The notes beneath the pieces were generated by a model that had not been told where the DNA came from, made no database searches, and worked only from the letters and a program-made list of their open reading frames with translations. This document shows positions 32,996-40,644 of a stretch of 64,000 bases of DNA, piece after piece (positions within the stretch are counted from its first letter, which is position 1; every line of letters begins with the position of its first letter). This stretch comes from a virus: IMG/VR virus record IMGVR_UViG_3300009678_000001; one strand, written 5' to 3'. Both the position numbers and the translations under genes were made by a program.

Positions 32996-33022
32996 AAAGA
33001 AAGTTTACAATCTGAGGGGCTT

Positions 33023-33205
33023 TTAGTTTGATAGAATGATTACTTTTGTGTACCTATCTTTGCACAAGTCATTCGCTTCTTCACTTGTAAGACTTTCATC
33101 AATCTCTTTTCCTTTTACACTGACTGCATTGACAAGTTGAACTATCCTATAACGCTTATCCAACAAGTTTTTTTGCAGCGTAACAGTGGTTTGTTTGTTA
33201 TTCAT
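33023..33205 (-). CDS. hypothetical protein
   Basis: 60 aa from the ATG 7 nt after the -10 box. Confidence 0.55.
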   Translation of the reverse strand: MNNKQTTVTLQKNLLDKRYRIVQLVNAVSVKGKEIDESLTSEEANDLCKDRYTKVIILSN

Positions 33206-33212
33206 AAACACA

Positions 33213-33240
33213 AGAATACAATATCTTTTTTAACTCTCAA
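33213..33240 (-). promoter_or_regulatory. class I promoter
   Basis: TTGAGA-16-TATTCT, 7 nt to the ATG at 33205. Confidence 0.55.
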
Positions 33241-33257
33241 GAACTTTTTGCGCCGCC

Positions 33258-33632
33258 TCAGAGCATTATTTTAGCTTTTTCTTCCATAGTTAAAACCGCC
33301 GCGTGAATACTTTTAATGTCTTCAAAGTCAAGGAACACATCTGTTTGATTACCTATAATTGTTACTCTATCTGGCCGCACTACAGCAATATTTCCAACAT
33401 TAATAGGTTCAAAAATAGTATTATCCGCCTCTATCAGTTCATCAAGGGTGACGCTTTGAACTACTTGGCCACAAGAGCACAGTTCTACAACTTTTGTTTT
33501 TCGTCTAACTAGAATAAATTTTGAGGTTCCCACATCTCCTAATACGCGATTGTAACCTATTGAGGACAAACAATTTAGGAGCGCCGTTAAATGTGATTTA
33601 CTTTTAATTGTAAGTTGGACCGCATCGTTCAT
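33258..33632 (-). CDS. hypothetical protein
   Basis: 124 aa with its own promoter. Confidence 0.65.
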   Translation of the reverse strand: MNDAVQLTIKSKSHLTALLNCLSSIGYNRVLGDVGTSKFILVRRKTKVVELCSCGQVVQSVTLDELIEADNTIFEPINVGNIAVVRPDRVTIIGNQTDVFLDFEDIKSIHAAVLTMEEKAKIML

Positions 33633-33640
33633 ATAGGAGG

Positions 33641-33668
33641 ATTATACAACATCTTTCTATTAAATCAA
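33641..33668 (-). promoter_or_regulatory. class I promoter
   Basis: TTGATT-16-TATAAT, 8 nt to the ATG at 33632. Confidence 0.55.
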
Positions 33669-33719
33669 GGTTTTATGGAGAAATGTTTCGAACTACTATG
33701 CATTGCCAAGTAGCATGTA

Positions 33720-33752
33720 TGTATTTACATTGTATTTACTTTGTATTTACAT
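33720..33752. repeat. three tandem copies of TGTATTTAC phased at 11 bp
   Basis: Copies at 33720, 33731 and 33742, about 50 bp upstream of the promoter at 33641..33668. Candidate operator or iteron. Confidence 0.7.
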
Positions 33753-33766
33753 CCTTTAACTCTATA

Positions 33767-34009
33767 TTATATTATACCATTGTCAGTTAACGCCTCAATA
33801 TACGCCTTGGCATACACTCTATGCCTTAACCTCAACTCTTTAGTGTCTTCATTGGCAAGCTTTATCCTCAGAGAATTAAGCTTCTGCAAAGAACTTCTAA
33901 CGCTATCGGTGATAGTAGAATCGTCAATATCGGGCATGACCTTGTGAGAGTGCTGGCTTAAGCTGTCAATAACTTCAGTCAGCGCCGCAATTATCTCTAA
34001 GTTGCTCAT
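33767..34009 (-). CDS. hypothetical protein
   Basis: 80 aa from Met12, just after the upstream stop. Confidence 0.55.
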   Translation of the reverse strand: MSNLEIIAALTEVIDSLSQHSHKVMPDIDDSTITDSVRSSLQKLNSLRIKLANEDTKELRLRHRVYAKAYIEALTDNGII

Positions 34010-34019
34010 AATCAAAGTC

Positions 34020-34325
34020 TTATCCTTGGAACAGTCCGTCACTATAAGGTTGATAATCCTTTTTGGCCATTATCTCCTTAACCCTTTCCTCTGTCACTTC
34101 GCGCCAACCAACGGGCAAACATTGATACCATTGACCTTTGAACTTCACAAAGTCGCCAGACGACATAGAACGGACATGTAATTTGCAGAAAAGTGTTGAT
34201 TCACAACCACTTCCAGCGTTGAAAGCCGCAAAAATGTCCTCTAAGCCCAAATTGTCATCCCACACACTGGAAAACTCTACAGTTTGCGCCGCACCAAAGG
34301 AACGGGGATATTTAATTTCAATCAT
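34020..34325 (-). CDS. hypothetical protein
   Basis: 101 aa with its own promoter. Confidence 0.65.
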   Translation of the reverse strand: MIEIKYPRSFGAAQTVEFSSVWDDNLGLEDIFAAFNAGSGCESTLFCKLHVRSMSSGDFVKFKGQWYQCLPVGWREVTEERVKEIMAKKDYQPYSDGLFQG

Positions 34326-34331
34326 GCACCC

Positions 34332-34359
34332 ATTCTAGCAAGACTTTTTAAAGTTGCAA
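34332..34359 (-). promoter_or_regulatory. class I promoter
   Basis: TTGCAA-16-TAGAAT, 6 nt to the ATG at 34325. Confidence 0.6.
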
Positions 34360-34438
34360 CCCTAAAAGTTTGCCTAAAATGTAGACACCCAAGAAAAAGA
34401 ATCAATTAAAGTCAATAAGAACAGCAATTAAGAGCCAC

Positions 34439-34645
34439 TTAAGACCCATTATCAAGGTAACTTATCAAAACATCATTCTGTGCTTGGTCCTTTACTTGGT
34501 CCCAAATTGAGTCATGAATTGGCCAAATTACGTTCCGAACTTGGTTCTCAACTTGGTCTGGAGTCTGGCCTTTAATTTGGCTTCTCATATGCCACATTTG
34601 GCTTCTGACGTGCTGTTGCCAAATTTGAACCTTTAAAGCATCCAT
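34439..34645 (-). CDS. QVWD-repeat family micro-protein
   Basis: 68 aa. ..QIWQQHVRSQMWHMRSQIKGQTPDQVENQVRNVIW..IWDQVKDQ with period-4 Q-[VI]-W/x-D/x. Confidence 0.6.
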   Translation of the reverse strand: MDALKVQIWQQHVRSQMWHMRSQIKGQTPDQVENQVRNVIWPIHDSIWDQVKDQAQNDVLISYLDNGS

Positions 34646-34650
34646 TCCCT

Positions 34651-34800
34651 TTAATTAATACTATCAATTAGCTTACCAAGAACAGAATTTTTATATCCAC
34701 TCTCCGTTGCATCCATTACGAGACAGACCAACGGAAAAATTGTAATTGTACACACAATCAGCAAAAAAAGGATAATTATTGCTCTGGCAAAAACTCTCAT
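34651..34800 (-). CDS. small membrane protein (below the ORF-track cutoff)
   Basis: 49 aa: MRVFARAIIILFLLIVCTITIFPLVCLVMD... TAATATG junction with the upstream gene. Confidence 0.45.
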   Translation of the reverse strand: MRVFARAIIILFLLIVCTITIFPLVCLVMDATESGYKNSVLGKLIDSIN

Positions 34801-34801
34801 A

Positions 34802-35017
34802 TTAATCTTTTGTGTTTATGTTTTCTTCTAAACCCTTAACTATACATTCTGCCCATCGTGCGCCGAACCTCTTGTCATCAAGCTCCTTATCAATTTCCTT
34901 TAGAAAGGACTGAATGTCTCTGCCTAAACCATCAGGGTAGCCGTCGCCATGCCTATAGACAATGGCTCCAGTTGAATCGTCGCTGTAACAGAAATGAATT
35001 GTAGCTCTAGTTGACAT
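34802..35017 (-). CDS. hypothetical protein
   Basis: 71 aa with its own promoter. Confidence 0.6.
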   Translation of the reverse strand: MSTRATIHFCYSDDSTGAIVYRHGDGYPDGLGRDIQSFLKEIDKELDDKRFGARWAECIVKGLEENINTKD

Positions 35018-35023
35018 ATTTGG

Positions 35024-35051
35024 ATTATACGATATCTTTTTAAAACGTCAA
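35024..35051 (-). promoter_or_regulatory. class I promoter
   Basis: TTGACG-16-TATAAT, 6 nt to the ATG at 35017. The upstream TGA stop lies inside the -35 box. Confidence 0.6.
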
Positions 35052-35254
35052 GCGCCCGTTAATGGTTCAAACGTCCTATCTTTAGGCCAACGGGCTAACC
35101 TATGGTCGTTAGCGTATTTTAGCCAAGCTTCTGCTTTTTCTTTATCCTTCCAAATATTCAAGGCAATCTGGCGCATTTCTAGGGCAGTTTGTTCCTCTTG
35201 ATAATGCCACATATCCCTATCATCTGAGGACTTAATGTCACGCCAAGAAATCAT
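35048..35254 (-). CDS. hypothetical protein
   Basis: 68 aa. ATG preceded by an ISL. Ends ..LTGA*. Confidence 0.6.
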   Translation of the reverse strand: MISWRDIKSSDDRDMWHYQEEQTALEMRQIALNIWKDKEKAEAWLKYANDHRLARWPKDRTFEPLTGA

Positions 35255-35278
35255 ATGCTCAAACGCCGCAGGGCTTTA
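35255..35278 (-). repeat. ISL element
   Basis: TAAAGCCCTGCGGCGTTTGAGCAT-ATG lies between the stop at 35276 and the ATG at 35254. Confidence 0.8.
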
Positions 35279-35515
35279 GCTTTTCGTTTTTATAGGTTTC
35301 GCGCTTAGCCAGAGAGTTTGAACTTTCTTTGATTTGGGAAACAACTTATCTAAAATATTTTCTGCTTCTTTAATGTGATGTTCAAGCGCCGCCTTTGATT
35401 GTTCTTTATACTGGTCACTGGACTGAACGAAACTTTTATATAGCTGGACAATCATATCCAATCTACAGTTAGCGTTCTCAGTTTCGCGAATAAAATCTAA
35501 AGCGTTTGTCTTCAT
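35276..35515 (-). CDS. hypothetical protein
   Basis: 79 aa, helical. Confidence 0.6.
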   Translation of the reverse strand: MKTNALDFIRETENANCRLDMIVQLYKSFVQSSDQYKEQSKAALEHHIKEAENILDKLFPKSKKVQTLWLSAKPIKTKS

Positions 35516-35539
35516 ACTCTCAAGTGTCGCAGGGTTTTA
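35516..35539 (-). repeat. ISL element (variant)
   Basis: TTAAAACCCTGCGACACTTGAGAGT-ATG. Confidence 0.65.
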
Positions 35540-35689
35540 ATTCCAAAATGCAATTCCGTGGCTAAATTCTTCTAAATGAAGAGGGTTCATTTCAAGGTCA
35601 TTTAAACCATGTATATCAATGTAGGCGATAGGCAAATCATCTTTAGCGCCGTTTTTCTCCAGCAATTCTTTAAGTTCTTTCCACGTCAT
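35537..35689 (-). CDS. hypothetical micro-protein (below the ORF-track cutoff)
   Basis: 50 aa, MTWKELKELLEKNGAKDDLPIAYIDIHG... Has its own promoter. Confidence 0.5.
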   Translation of the reverse strand: MTWKELKELLEKNGAKDDLPIAYIDIHGLNDLEMNPLHLEEFSHGIAFWN

Positions 35690-35696
35690 AAACAAG

Positions 35697-35724
35697 AGAA
35701 TACGATATTTTTTTTATTCCGCAA
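35697..35724 (-). promoter_or_regulatory. class I promoter
   Basis: TTGCGG-16-TATTCT, 7 nt to the ATG at 35689. Confidence 0.6.
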
Positions 35725-35727
35725 GCT

Positions 35728-36102
35728 TTAACTTGGGTTAATAAAAGGATTAAACTTAGACTGAGAGTCAAGATTTCTATCTAAGATGCTCTGTTGCAAC
35801 ATCTTAATAGCTTCAACGCAATCAGCATCTTTAGGTCCGCGCCCTTTGTTCTTTTTAATGTGATTCCAGATTTTATCTGTAGCACAACACCAAGGAAGAT
35901 TTGTATTCCAATCATTGTCTTCTTTTTGGAAGCCAATACCAACTGTGCCAAACTTGGGAAAACATACAATTGCCTGATTCTTACTAACTTTAACCCGCAT
36001 CAACCAAAAATCTTCATCCAATGGAGGAGTTATTAAAAGTGTGTTGCCAAAAGGTTTTGGGTCTTGAATTTTGTTTGAATTAAGTTCAATTGTAAGTTTC
36101 AT
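35728..36102 (-). CDS. hypothetical protein
   Basis: 124 aa from the ATG 6 nt after the -10 box. Confidence 0.65.
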   Translation of the reverse strand: MKLTIELNSNKIQDPKPFGNTLLITPPLDEDFWLMRVKVSKNQAIVCFPKFGTVGIGFQKEDNDWNTNLPWCCATDKIWNHIKKNKGRGPKDADCVEAIKMLQQSILDRNLDSQSKFNPFINPS

Positions 36103-36108
36103 ATTCAG

Positions 36109-36136
36109 ATGATACAAAATCTTTTTTAAGAATCAA
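36109..36136 (-). promoter_or_regulatory. class I promoter
   Basis: TTGATT-16-TATCAT, 6 nt to the ATG at 36102. Confidence 0.6.
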
Positions 36137-36440
36137 GCTCTTTTTTAGCTCTTATGTCTATCCCAAATCGACAATAGCCCGCCCAAGCTGGAATGTTTGA
36201 GGCTGAACAGACCTGTAAATTATGCCACTTATGGAATTCTTTGGGCCAATACTTAGGGTCTGCAAGCACTCCTAGCCTAAAGTGTTCCCGCGCCTCATTA
36301 GGAGAATCTGCTAGAATAAAACGCCGCTGGTTCTGATAGCAACCCCACTCGCCTGTAGTCAACAAGTGTTCACTGGTAAAAGTAACCATCCATCGCTTGT
36401 CAGGGGGATACAGCTTGATATCAATTGGGTTTTCATTCAT
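36126..36440 (-). CDS. hypothetical protein
   Basis: 104 aa. Its 3-prime end encodes the next -35 box. Confidence 0.65.
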   Translation of the reverse strand: MNENPIDIKLYPPDKRWMVTFTSEHLLTTGEWGCYQNQRRFILADSPNEAREHFRLGVLADPKYWPKEFHKWHNLQVCSASNIPAWAGYCRFGIDIRAKKELDS

Positions 36441-36446
36441 ATCCCA

Positions 36447-36474
36447 ATCATATAATATCTTTTTTAACTGTCAA
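36447..36474 (-). promoter_or_regulatory. class I promoter
   Basis: TTGACA-16-TATGAT, 6 nt to the ATG at 36440. Confidence 0.6.
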
Positions 36475-36743
36475 CCTTGAAAATCTTCTCTAGGGGTTAC
36501 CTTTATCTCAAGAGGAACAACCCAAAAAACCAACAAAAGGTCGCCATTGGGAACCTCTTCGAACCGTCCCACAGTCCAATTAAAAGATTTGTAATCTGCT
36601 AGCTTTTGCATCAAATGAGCGCCGCCATCTAGCGCCCCTTGCGGACTTTTACAGTTTAAGCCATACACATAAAAAGCCCCTACTGATAAACCTCTGAAGT
36701 ATACTGCCGTATATTCTCTGCTTGGAGTAATAATTGTTTTCAT
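36471..36743 (-). CDS. hypothetical protein
   Basis: 90 aa. TGA stop inside TTGACA. Confidence 0.65.
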   Translation of the reverse strand: MKTIITPSREYTAVYFRGLSVGAFYVYGLNCKSPQGALDGGAHLMQKLADYKSFNWTVGRFEEVPNGDLLLVFWVVPLEIKVTPREDFQG

Positions 36744-36752
36744 TGTTTTTGT

Positions 36753-36780
36753 ATTCTACAACATCTTTTTTAACCCGCAA
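36753..36780 (-). promoter_or_regulatory. class I promoter
   Basis: TTGCGG-16-TAGAAT, 9 nt to the ATG at 36743. Confidence 0.55.
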
Positions 36781-36787
36781 GCTTTTC

Positions 36788-37579
36788 TCATAACATGTTT
36801 ATAGGTTTCAGCGCCCACCCGAATTGTTGGTTAACTTTAGAATAAAGCTCTCTAATCTCTTGTTCTGCTTTCTCAAGTCGTTCAAAATCAAGTGGATGTG
36901 CGTTTTTAACGTGGTCTCTAGCTTGATGATGCCCCGAATATTTACCCTTTAATAAGATTTGAGTATTACAAAATGAACATTTAAAGTATGTTTTCATCCT
37001 TGGCCCTAAAATCTTTTCTATTGACTGCCACCTTGTAAAAGCTTTCCCTATTAGTTTCTTCAGTCTATTGCGCCAATTGGTTATACGATACCTAGATTGA
37101 TAGGGTCCGCTCATAAAAGTGCTGCCTTTTAAGAAAGTAAAAGTATCTAAAACCGCGCCGCTACAGAAGCTAATCTCATCTTTAAACTTAATTTTGTCAC
37201 CCTTTTTAACCTTTACTGTTGACCGCTTCTTAATGTTCTCCCAACACCTATCGCGCCACTGTTGCGCCCATTCATAAGTTGTTGGTGTTAAAAGCTTTAG
37301 GATTCTTTCAGGACACTCAGATTCACAAGGTCCCATTTCCTCACTCATATCCTTGTAGCCAAAATTATAGTAATCGTGTGGTTTATAACCCAACAAGCAC
37401 ACAATACCAATAACGCTCTTTCTTGTGCCATCTTCGTTCAGACACTCATAAGCTAGGTAGGCTGTGCGATAACCCTTTACCGCGCAATCAATCACACACC
37501 CCTGTTTGCCATTGAATTCCTTCTCAAAGAATTCTCGAACTGAAACGCCTTGATTTTTGTTTGTAAATGTCCAACCCAT
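36788..37579 (-). CDS. hypothetical protein with C-terminal C2H2-like finger
   Basis: 263 aa. MGWTFTNK.. N-terminus. CSFCNTQ..HHQARDHVKNAH near the C-terminus. Confidence 0.7.
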   Translation of the reverse strand: MGWTFTNKNQGVSVREFFEKEFNGKQGCVIDCAVKGYRTAYLAYECLNEDGTRKSVIGIVCLLGYKPHDYYNFGYKDMSEEMGPCESECPERILKLLTPTTYEWAQQWRDRCWENIKKRSTVKVKKGDKIKFKDEISFCSGAVLDTFTFLKGSTFMSGPYQSRYRITNWRNRLKKLIGKAFTRWQSIEKILGPRMKTYFKCSFCNTQILLKGKYSGHHQARDHVKNAHPLDFERLEKAEQEIRELYSKVNQQFGWALKPINML

Positions 37580-37605
37580 ATGCGCTCAAAAGCCGCGAGG
37601 CTTAG
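37580..37605 (-). repeat. ISL element
   Basis: CTAAGCCTCGCGGCTTTTGAGCGCAT-ATG. Confidence 0.7.
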
Positions 37606-37616
37606 TAATTTTTTGG

Positions 37617-37635
37617 TTAACGCCGCAGGGCTTAA
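37617..37635 (-). repeat. ISL element (second copy in tandem, no ORF between)
   Basis: TTAAGCCCTGCGGCGTTAAC, 12 nt upstream of the previous copy. Confidence 0.7.
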
Positions 37636-37655
37636 TTGCCCTTAAAGCTATAGAC

Positions 37656-37683
37656 AAGATACACTATCTTTTTAAACTGTCAA
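37656..37683 (-). promoter_or_regulatory. class I promoter (with leader)
   Basis: TTGACA-16-TATCTT. A 76-nt leader carries two ISL copies. Confidence 0.55.
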
Positions 37684-37687
37684 CGCT

Positions 37688-37879
37688 CTATGAAAGGCTA
37701 TGCTGTATATGAGCTAAGTATGAGGCTCTTTTAATCTTCTTCTCTGCTAGGTAAGCTGCCTTTCTCTCCCTTTTGTTTGGGAACAAAGAAAGCATAACGT
37801 CTTCGTGATTTGTGGAATTACCTAATGCGTAAAGAAGATTTTCGGTTTCAAATTGGGTTAATTGAAATGTAACTTTCAT
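37688..37879 (-). CDS. hypothetical protein
   Basis: 63 aa, ATGA overlap with the upstream gene. Confidence 0.55.
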   Translation of the reverse strand: MKVTFQLTQFETENLLYALGNSTNHEDVMLSLFPNKRERKAAYLAEKKIKRASYLAHIQHSLS

Positions 37880-38076
37880 ATTGAATGCAAACCTGTTTTC
37901 TCAAGCTCTTCAGGACCAAAAGCAACATTTAACATATCAACCGTAACAGAATAGCAACCGTTTTCGGGTATTAGTCTATTTACAACCCCACATTGACCTT
38001 TCCATGCGCCAGTGAGGATTCTAACCCTGTCGCCAATATTAAAGGATTGCTGTTCTTCTTTTGAGTCTTTATTCAT
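37876..38076 (-). CDS. KOW-motif-like small protein
   Basis: 66 aa. GDRVRILTGAWKGQCGVVNRL resembles a KOW motif. Confidence 0.5.
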   Translation of the reverse strand: MNKDSKEEQQSFNIGDRVRILTGAWKGQCGVVNRLIPENGCYSVTVDMLNVAFGPEELEKTGLHSI

Positions 38077-38084
38077 CTGTGGGG

Positions 38085-38112
38085 ATTATACAAAATCTTT
38101 TTAAAATGTCAA
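38085..38112 (-). promoter_or_regulatory. class I promoter
   Basis: TTGACA-16-TATAAT, 8 nt to the ATG at 38076. Confidence 0.6.
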
Positions 38113-38295
38113 TGCTCCAAAGCCGCAGGGCTTTTTAATATGAATTGAATATCTGTTGTAATTTGGTCCGCAATTGGGTCCCCAATTTTAACCAACTGTT
38201 CGGTCCCAAATGTGATTTTCAACTTGTTCTTGAACTTGGTCCCTAATTTCGTACCTAACTTGGTCTTCAAGTGTATCCCAAACTTTCTTCCCTAT
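38110..38295 (-). pseudogene. decayed QVWD-family gene
   Basis: Repeat units are still readable (..VWDTLEDQVRYEIRDQVQEQVENHIWD..), but there is no ATG (ATA in its place) and an internal frameshift. It is flanked by ISL copies. Confidence 0.35.
38114..38136 (-). repeat. ISL element (perfect 6-bp stem variant)
   Basis: AAAAAGCC-CTGC-GGCTTTGGAGCAT abuts the TTGACA of the next promoter. Confidence 0.75.
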
Positions 38296-38298
38296 TTA

Positions 38299-38323
38299 TG
38301 CTCAGACGCCGCAAGGCTTAAAG
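38299..38323 (-). repeat. ISL element embedded in the 3-prime end of a CDS
   Basis: AAGCCTTGCGGCGTCTGAGCAT is translated as ..KPCGV*, with the stop inside the element. Confidence 0.75.
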
Positions 38324-38508
38324 TTTATTGGTATCACCATTACTTCAATTGGTTTAGAATGTTCGCTTGTCCCATAACCCATCTTTAGCGCCGCCGCCCT
38401 AGATTTAAATAACTGGTGCGTGTTAGGCAAAAGCCATCTCTTTCTAAGTATATGTTGTGCTTTTTTATGGTGATAACTCTCACACCAAGAACACCAAGGA
38501 ATTTTCAT
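38302..38508 (-). CDS. hypothetical protein
   Basis: 68 aa. CSWCESYHH near the N-terminus. C-terminus encoded by an ISL. Confidence 0.6.
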   Translation of the reverse strand: MKIPWCSWCESYHHKKAQHILRKRWLLPNTHQLFKSRAAALKMGYGTSEHSKPIEVMVIPINFKPCGV

Positions 38509-38516
38509 ATAGCCAG

Positions 38517-38544
38517 ATTATACAAAATCTTTTTTAAGTGTCAA
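38517..38544 (-). promoter_or_regulatory. class I promoter
   Basis: TTGACA-16-TATAAT, 8 nt to the ATG at 38508. Confidence 0.6.
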
Positions 38545-38803
38545 TAATTTCCCGCCTATTGATAATCTTTATTCCCGAATGATGACAGTGTGGACACTTT
38601 TCCTCTGCAACTTCCCCCGTTACTTTAAACTGTGTTCCACAATCACAAGTAAAAGGAGCATGTCTGTTAATATCAGAGAAAACATCTACGGGCGCGTCCT
38701 GAAGGGTATAAATTCTTAAAAGACAGTCGCCTCCTTTCGATTGAGCTTCTTGTTCTAAGCCGCAACCGGGACAATGAATGATAACTGTATCGAAACAACC
38801 CAT
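38534..38803 (-). CDS. double zinc-ribbon protein
   Basis: 89 aa. CPGCG..CDCG..CPHCHH. Confidence 0.6.
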   Translation of the reverse strand: MGCFDTVIIHCPGCGLEQEAQSKGGDCLLRIYTLQDAPVDVFSDINRHAPFTCDCGTQFKVTGEVAEEKCPHCHHSGIKIINRREIIDT

Positions 38804-38809
38804 ATTAAG

Positions 38810-38836
38810 AGTATACTAAATCTTTTAAATTGTCAA
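38810..38836 (-). promoter_or_regulatory. class I promoter
   Basis: TTGACA-15-TATACT, 6 nt to the ATG at 38803. Confidence 0.55.
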
Positions 38837-38876
38837 TCGTATTTGTTGAGCATTACGCTCAGGGCACATTTCTTTC

Positions 38877-39203
38877 TTACACTTCATATATACGTCGAGT
38901 TCCACACTTAGGACACCAACCGCTTTCGTCAAGGTGACGCGCCTTACAAGTAGGACATATTTCTGTGGGATTTTCAAGCTTTTGGACAAGACCGCCCACC
39001 GAAACAATGCTCTTGTCTTCAATTTCTGCCTTCTTACGCAACCATTCAATTTCCGCGCTCTCCGCACTTTTAGCTGTCAATTCCCTTACAATTTGCATAA
39101 GTGTTTGAAACGCAATGTTTTTGGTTGTACAAAGTCCATAAGACCTATTAACAAATTGTACTCCGTTGCGTTCAAAAGCTTCTTTAATTTCTTGTTCGGT
39201 CAT
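38877..39203 (-). CDS. hypothetical protein with C-terminal zinc ribbon
   Basis: 108 aa. CPTCKARH..CPKCG. TGATG overlap with the upstream stop. Confidence 0.6.
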   Translation of the reverse strand: MTEQEIKEAFERNGVQFVNRSYGLCTTKNIAFQTLMQIVRELTAKSAESAEIEWLRKKAEIEDKSIVSVGGLVQKLENPTEICPTCKARHLDESGWCPKCGTRRIYEV

Positions 39204-39436
39204 CACGATTCCTTTGTAACATAAGGCCAGTAGATAATATACTCTAATCCCATATTGTCTTGGCAGTATTGTTTTAGTTTCCTGTGTTTCTTGGCTAAAT
39301 CAATCACCAACTGAGGATTGCCTGTTACAATTCCCATACATTGGCGACCAAACATTCCGCGCCCCGAATAATCATAGCGCACTTCGCCGCCAACTTCTTC
39401 TGAGATTTCTTCAATGATTTTTTTGTTGGTTGTCAT
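39203..39436 (-). CDS. hypothetical protein
   Basis: 77 aa from the internal ATG (MTTNKKIIEE..RYDYSGRGMFGRQCMGIV..). The upstream part of the track ORF is an alternate frame of the QVWD gene. Confidence 0.55.
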   Translation of the reverse strand: MTTNKKIIEEISEEVGGEVRYDYSGRGMFGRQCMGIVTGNPQLVIDLAKKHRKLKQYCQDNMGLEYIIYWPYVTKES

Positions 39437-39437
39437 A

Positions 39438-39662
39438 CTAAGTGTTAAAGTTTTTATCGTCTTCGGCTTCTTTCTGAGACTGGTTCCGAATTTGACTCCC
39501 GATTTGTTCCCAAATTTGTTCTCCAATCTGATTCTTGAAGTGTTTCCAAGTATATAGCCAAATATGATTCCCGGTTTGTTCCAATACTTGGTTATTAATG
39601 CTATCAGATACTTGCGATATCTGCTCCCAAACCGGCTCTTTTTTAAAGACAATAATATCCAT
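39438..39662 (-). CDS. QVWD-repeat family micro-protein
   Basis: 74 aa from MDIIVFKKEPVWEQISQV..NQIGEQIWEQIGSQIRNQ. Confidence 0.55.
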   Translation of the reverse strand: MDIIVFKKEPVWEQISQVSDSINNQVLEQTGNHIWLYTWKHFKNQIGEQIWEQIGSQIRNQSQKEAEDDKNFNT

Positions 39663-40032
39663 AAACACATCTGCTGCCATTTCGGGTGCAATCATGATTG
39701 TCATAAACAACCCCGTCAATAACAGCAACAAAATGTTTACTAACTTGACAAATTAGCTTACCTTTGGGTAGTTCATTAGCTCTCAAGTGAACTTTACAGC
39801 CTTGACCAATAAACATAGTTGGCACCCAAGTCCAACCCAAACTCTTTAAATAGGCTCTCAATACTGACCTTTTTACCCCTCCCTGATAGCCCTTTTTTGG
39901 CCGCAAAGCGTCATAAATCTCCTGATAAGGTTTACCAGTGACAATCGAAACAGCCCTAACAGAACAGTCACCCGTTTTGCCTTTGTAACCAGCATCAACT
40001 CTTCCTCCGTCTGTCAAAACAACATTGTTCAT
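39643..40032 (-). CDS. hypothetical protein with Cys..His..Asp pattern (papain-like peptidase fold possible)
   Basis: 129 aa from the ATG 6 nt after the -10 box. TGDCSVRAVSIVTG ... KHFVAVIDGVVYDNHD. Confidence 0.5.
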   Translation of the reverse strand: MNNVVLTDGGRVDAGYKGKTGDCSVRAVSIVTGKPYQEIYDALRPKKGYQGGVKRSVLRAYLKSLGWTWVPTMFIGQGCKVHLRANELPKGKLICQVSKHFVAVIDGVVYDNHDCTRNGSRCVYGYYCL

Positions 40033-40038
40033 GCTGCA

Positions 40039-40066
40039 ATAATACAAAGTCTTTTTTAAAAATCAA
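40039..40066 (-). promoter_or_regulatory. class I promoter
   Basis: TTGATT-16-TATTAT, 6 nt to the ATG at 40032. Confidence 0.6.
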
Positions 40067-40314
40067 CCTAAAAATTCATTACCGCAAGAGCATTTGTAAG
40101 TAACTTTAGAACCATTCTGAACAGTTATATAAGTGGTCCCCGGTGGAGGCCAAGGTCCATCATAATCAAGACTAAAATCCTTTGGCAAAACCTCTTCGTC
40201 ATAAGTGATAGGTTCAGATTTAACTATTGCCTCAGGGCCAATTTCCTCTTGGCACTTTGGGCAAACCCTGATACCGTCATCAACCTCAGGGGGGTCATTC
40301 CAATAATCATTCAT
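40063..40314 (-). CDS. zinc-ribbon protein
   Basis: 83 aa from the ATG after an ISL. CPKCQ..CSCG. Confidence 0.55.
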   Translation of the reverse strand: MNDYWNDPPEVDDGIRVCPKCQEEIGPEAIVKSEPITYDEEVLPKDFSLDYDGPWPPPGTTYITVQNGSKVTYKCSCGNEFLG

Positions 40315-40336
40315 ACTCTCAAGCGCCGAGGGGTTA
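40315..40336 (-). repeat. ISL element (variant)
   Basis: TTAACCCCTCGGCGCTTGAGAGT-ATG. Confidence 0.7.
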
Positions 40337-40384
40337 AAAAAATTTAATATTCCGAACTTGGTCCCCAACTTGACCTTCGTTCAT
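40334..40384 (-). pseudogene. 16-codon stub of a QVWD-family gene
   Basis: MNEGQVGDQVRNIKFF*, with its stop inside the ISL. Confidence 0.3.
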
Positions 40385-40392
40385 AATATCGT

Positions 40393-40605
40393 TCAAAGTT
40401 TAATGTCTGGCCCACCAATACCCTTGATAATTCCGTTTTCAGCATAGGTAACATACAAAACATGTCTCTCTTCCTCTGAAATGAGACCCGCATCGCCCAA
40501 GGCATCAACGTAACCCGCCAAATAAGGATTTGGAACTTGGTCCGACTCCTCATACATTTGGACCATAGCTTTTTCAATGAGGGTTATTGCGTGTTCTATG
40601 TTCAT
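40393..40605 (-). CDS. hypothetical protein
   Basis: 70 aa with its own promoter. Confidence 0.6.
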   Translation of the reverse strand: MNIEHAITLIEKAMVQMYEESDQVPNPYLAGYVDALGDAGLISEEERHVLYVTYAENGIIKGIGGPDIKL

Positions 40606-40611
40606 ACTGCA

Positions 40612-40639
40612 AAGATACAGTATCTTTTTAAACCTGCAA
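40612..40639 (-). promoter_or_regulatory. class I promoter
   Basis: TTGCAG-16-TATCTT, 6 nt to the ATG at 40605. Confidence 0.6.
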
Positions 40640-40644
40640 GCCTT

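Noticed and set aside
38825-39067. Same-strand alternate-frame ORFs nested in or overlapping better candidates (also 7470..7790, 5019..5213, 32287..32475, 35781..35969, 40344..40577, 57695..57898, 46539..46724)
   Set aside because: Each overlaps a longer ORF that has recognisable motifs or proper junction elements. None has its own promoter or ISL context.
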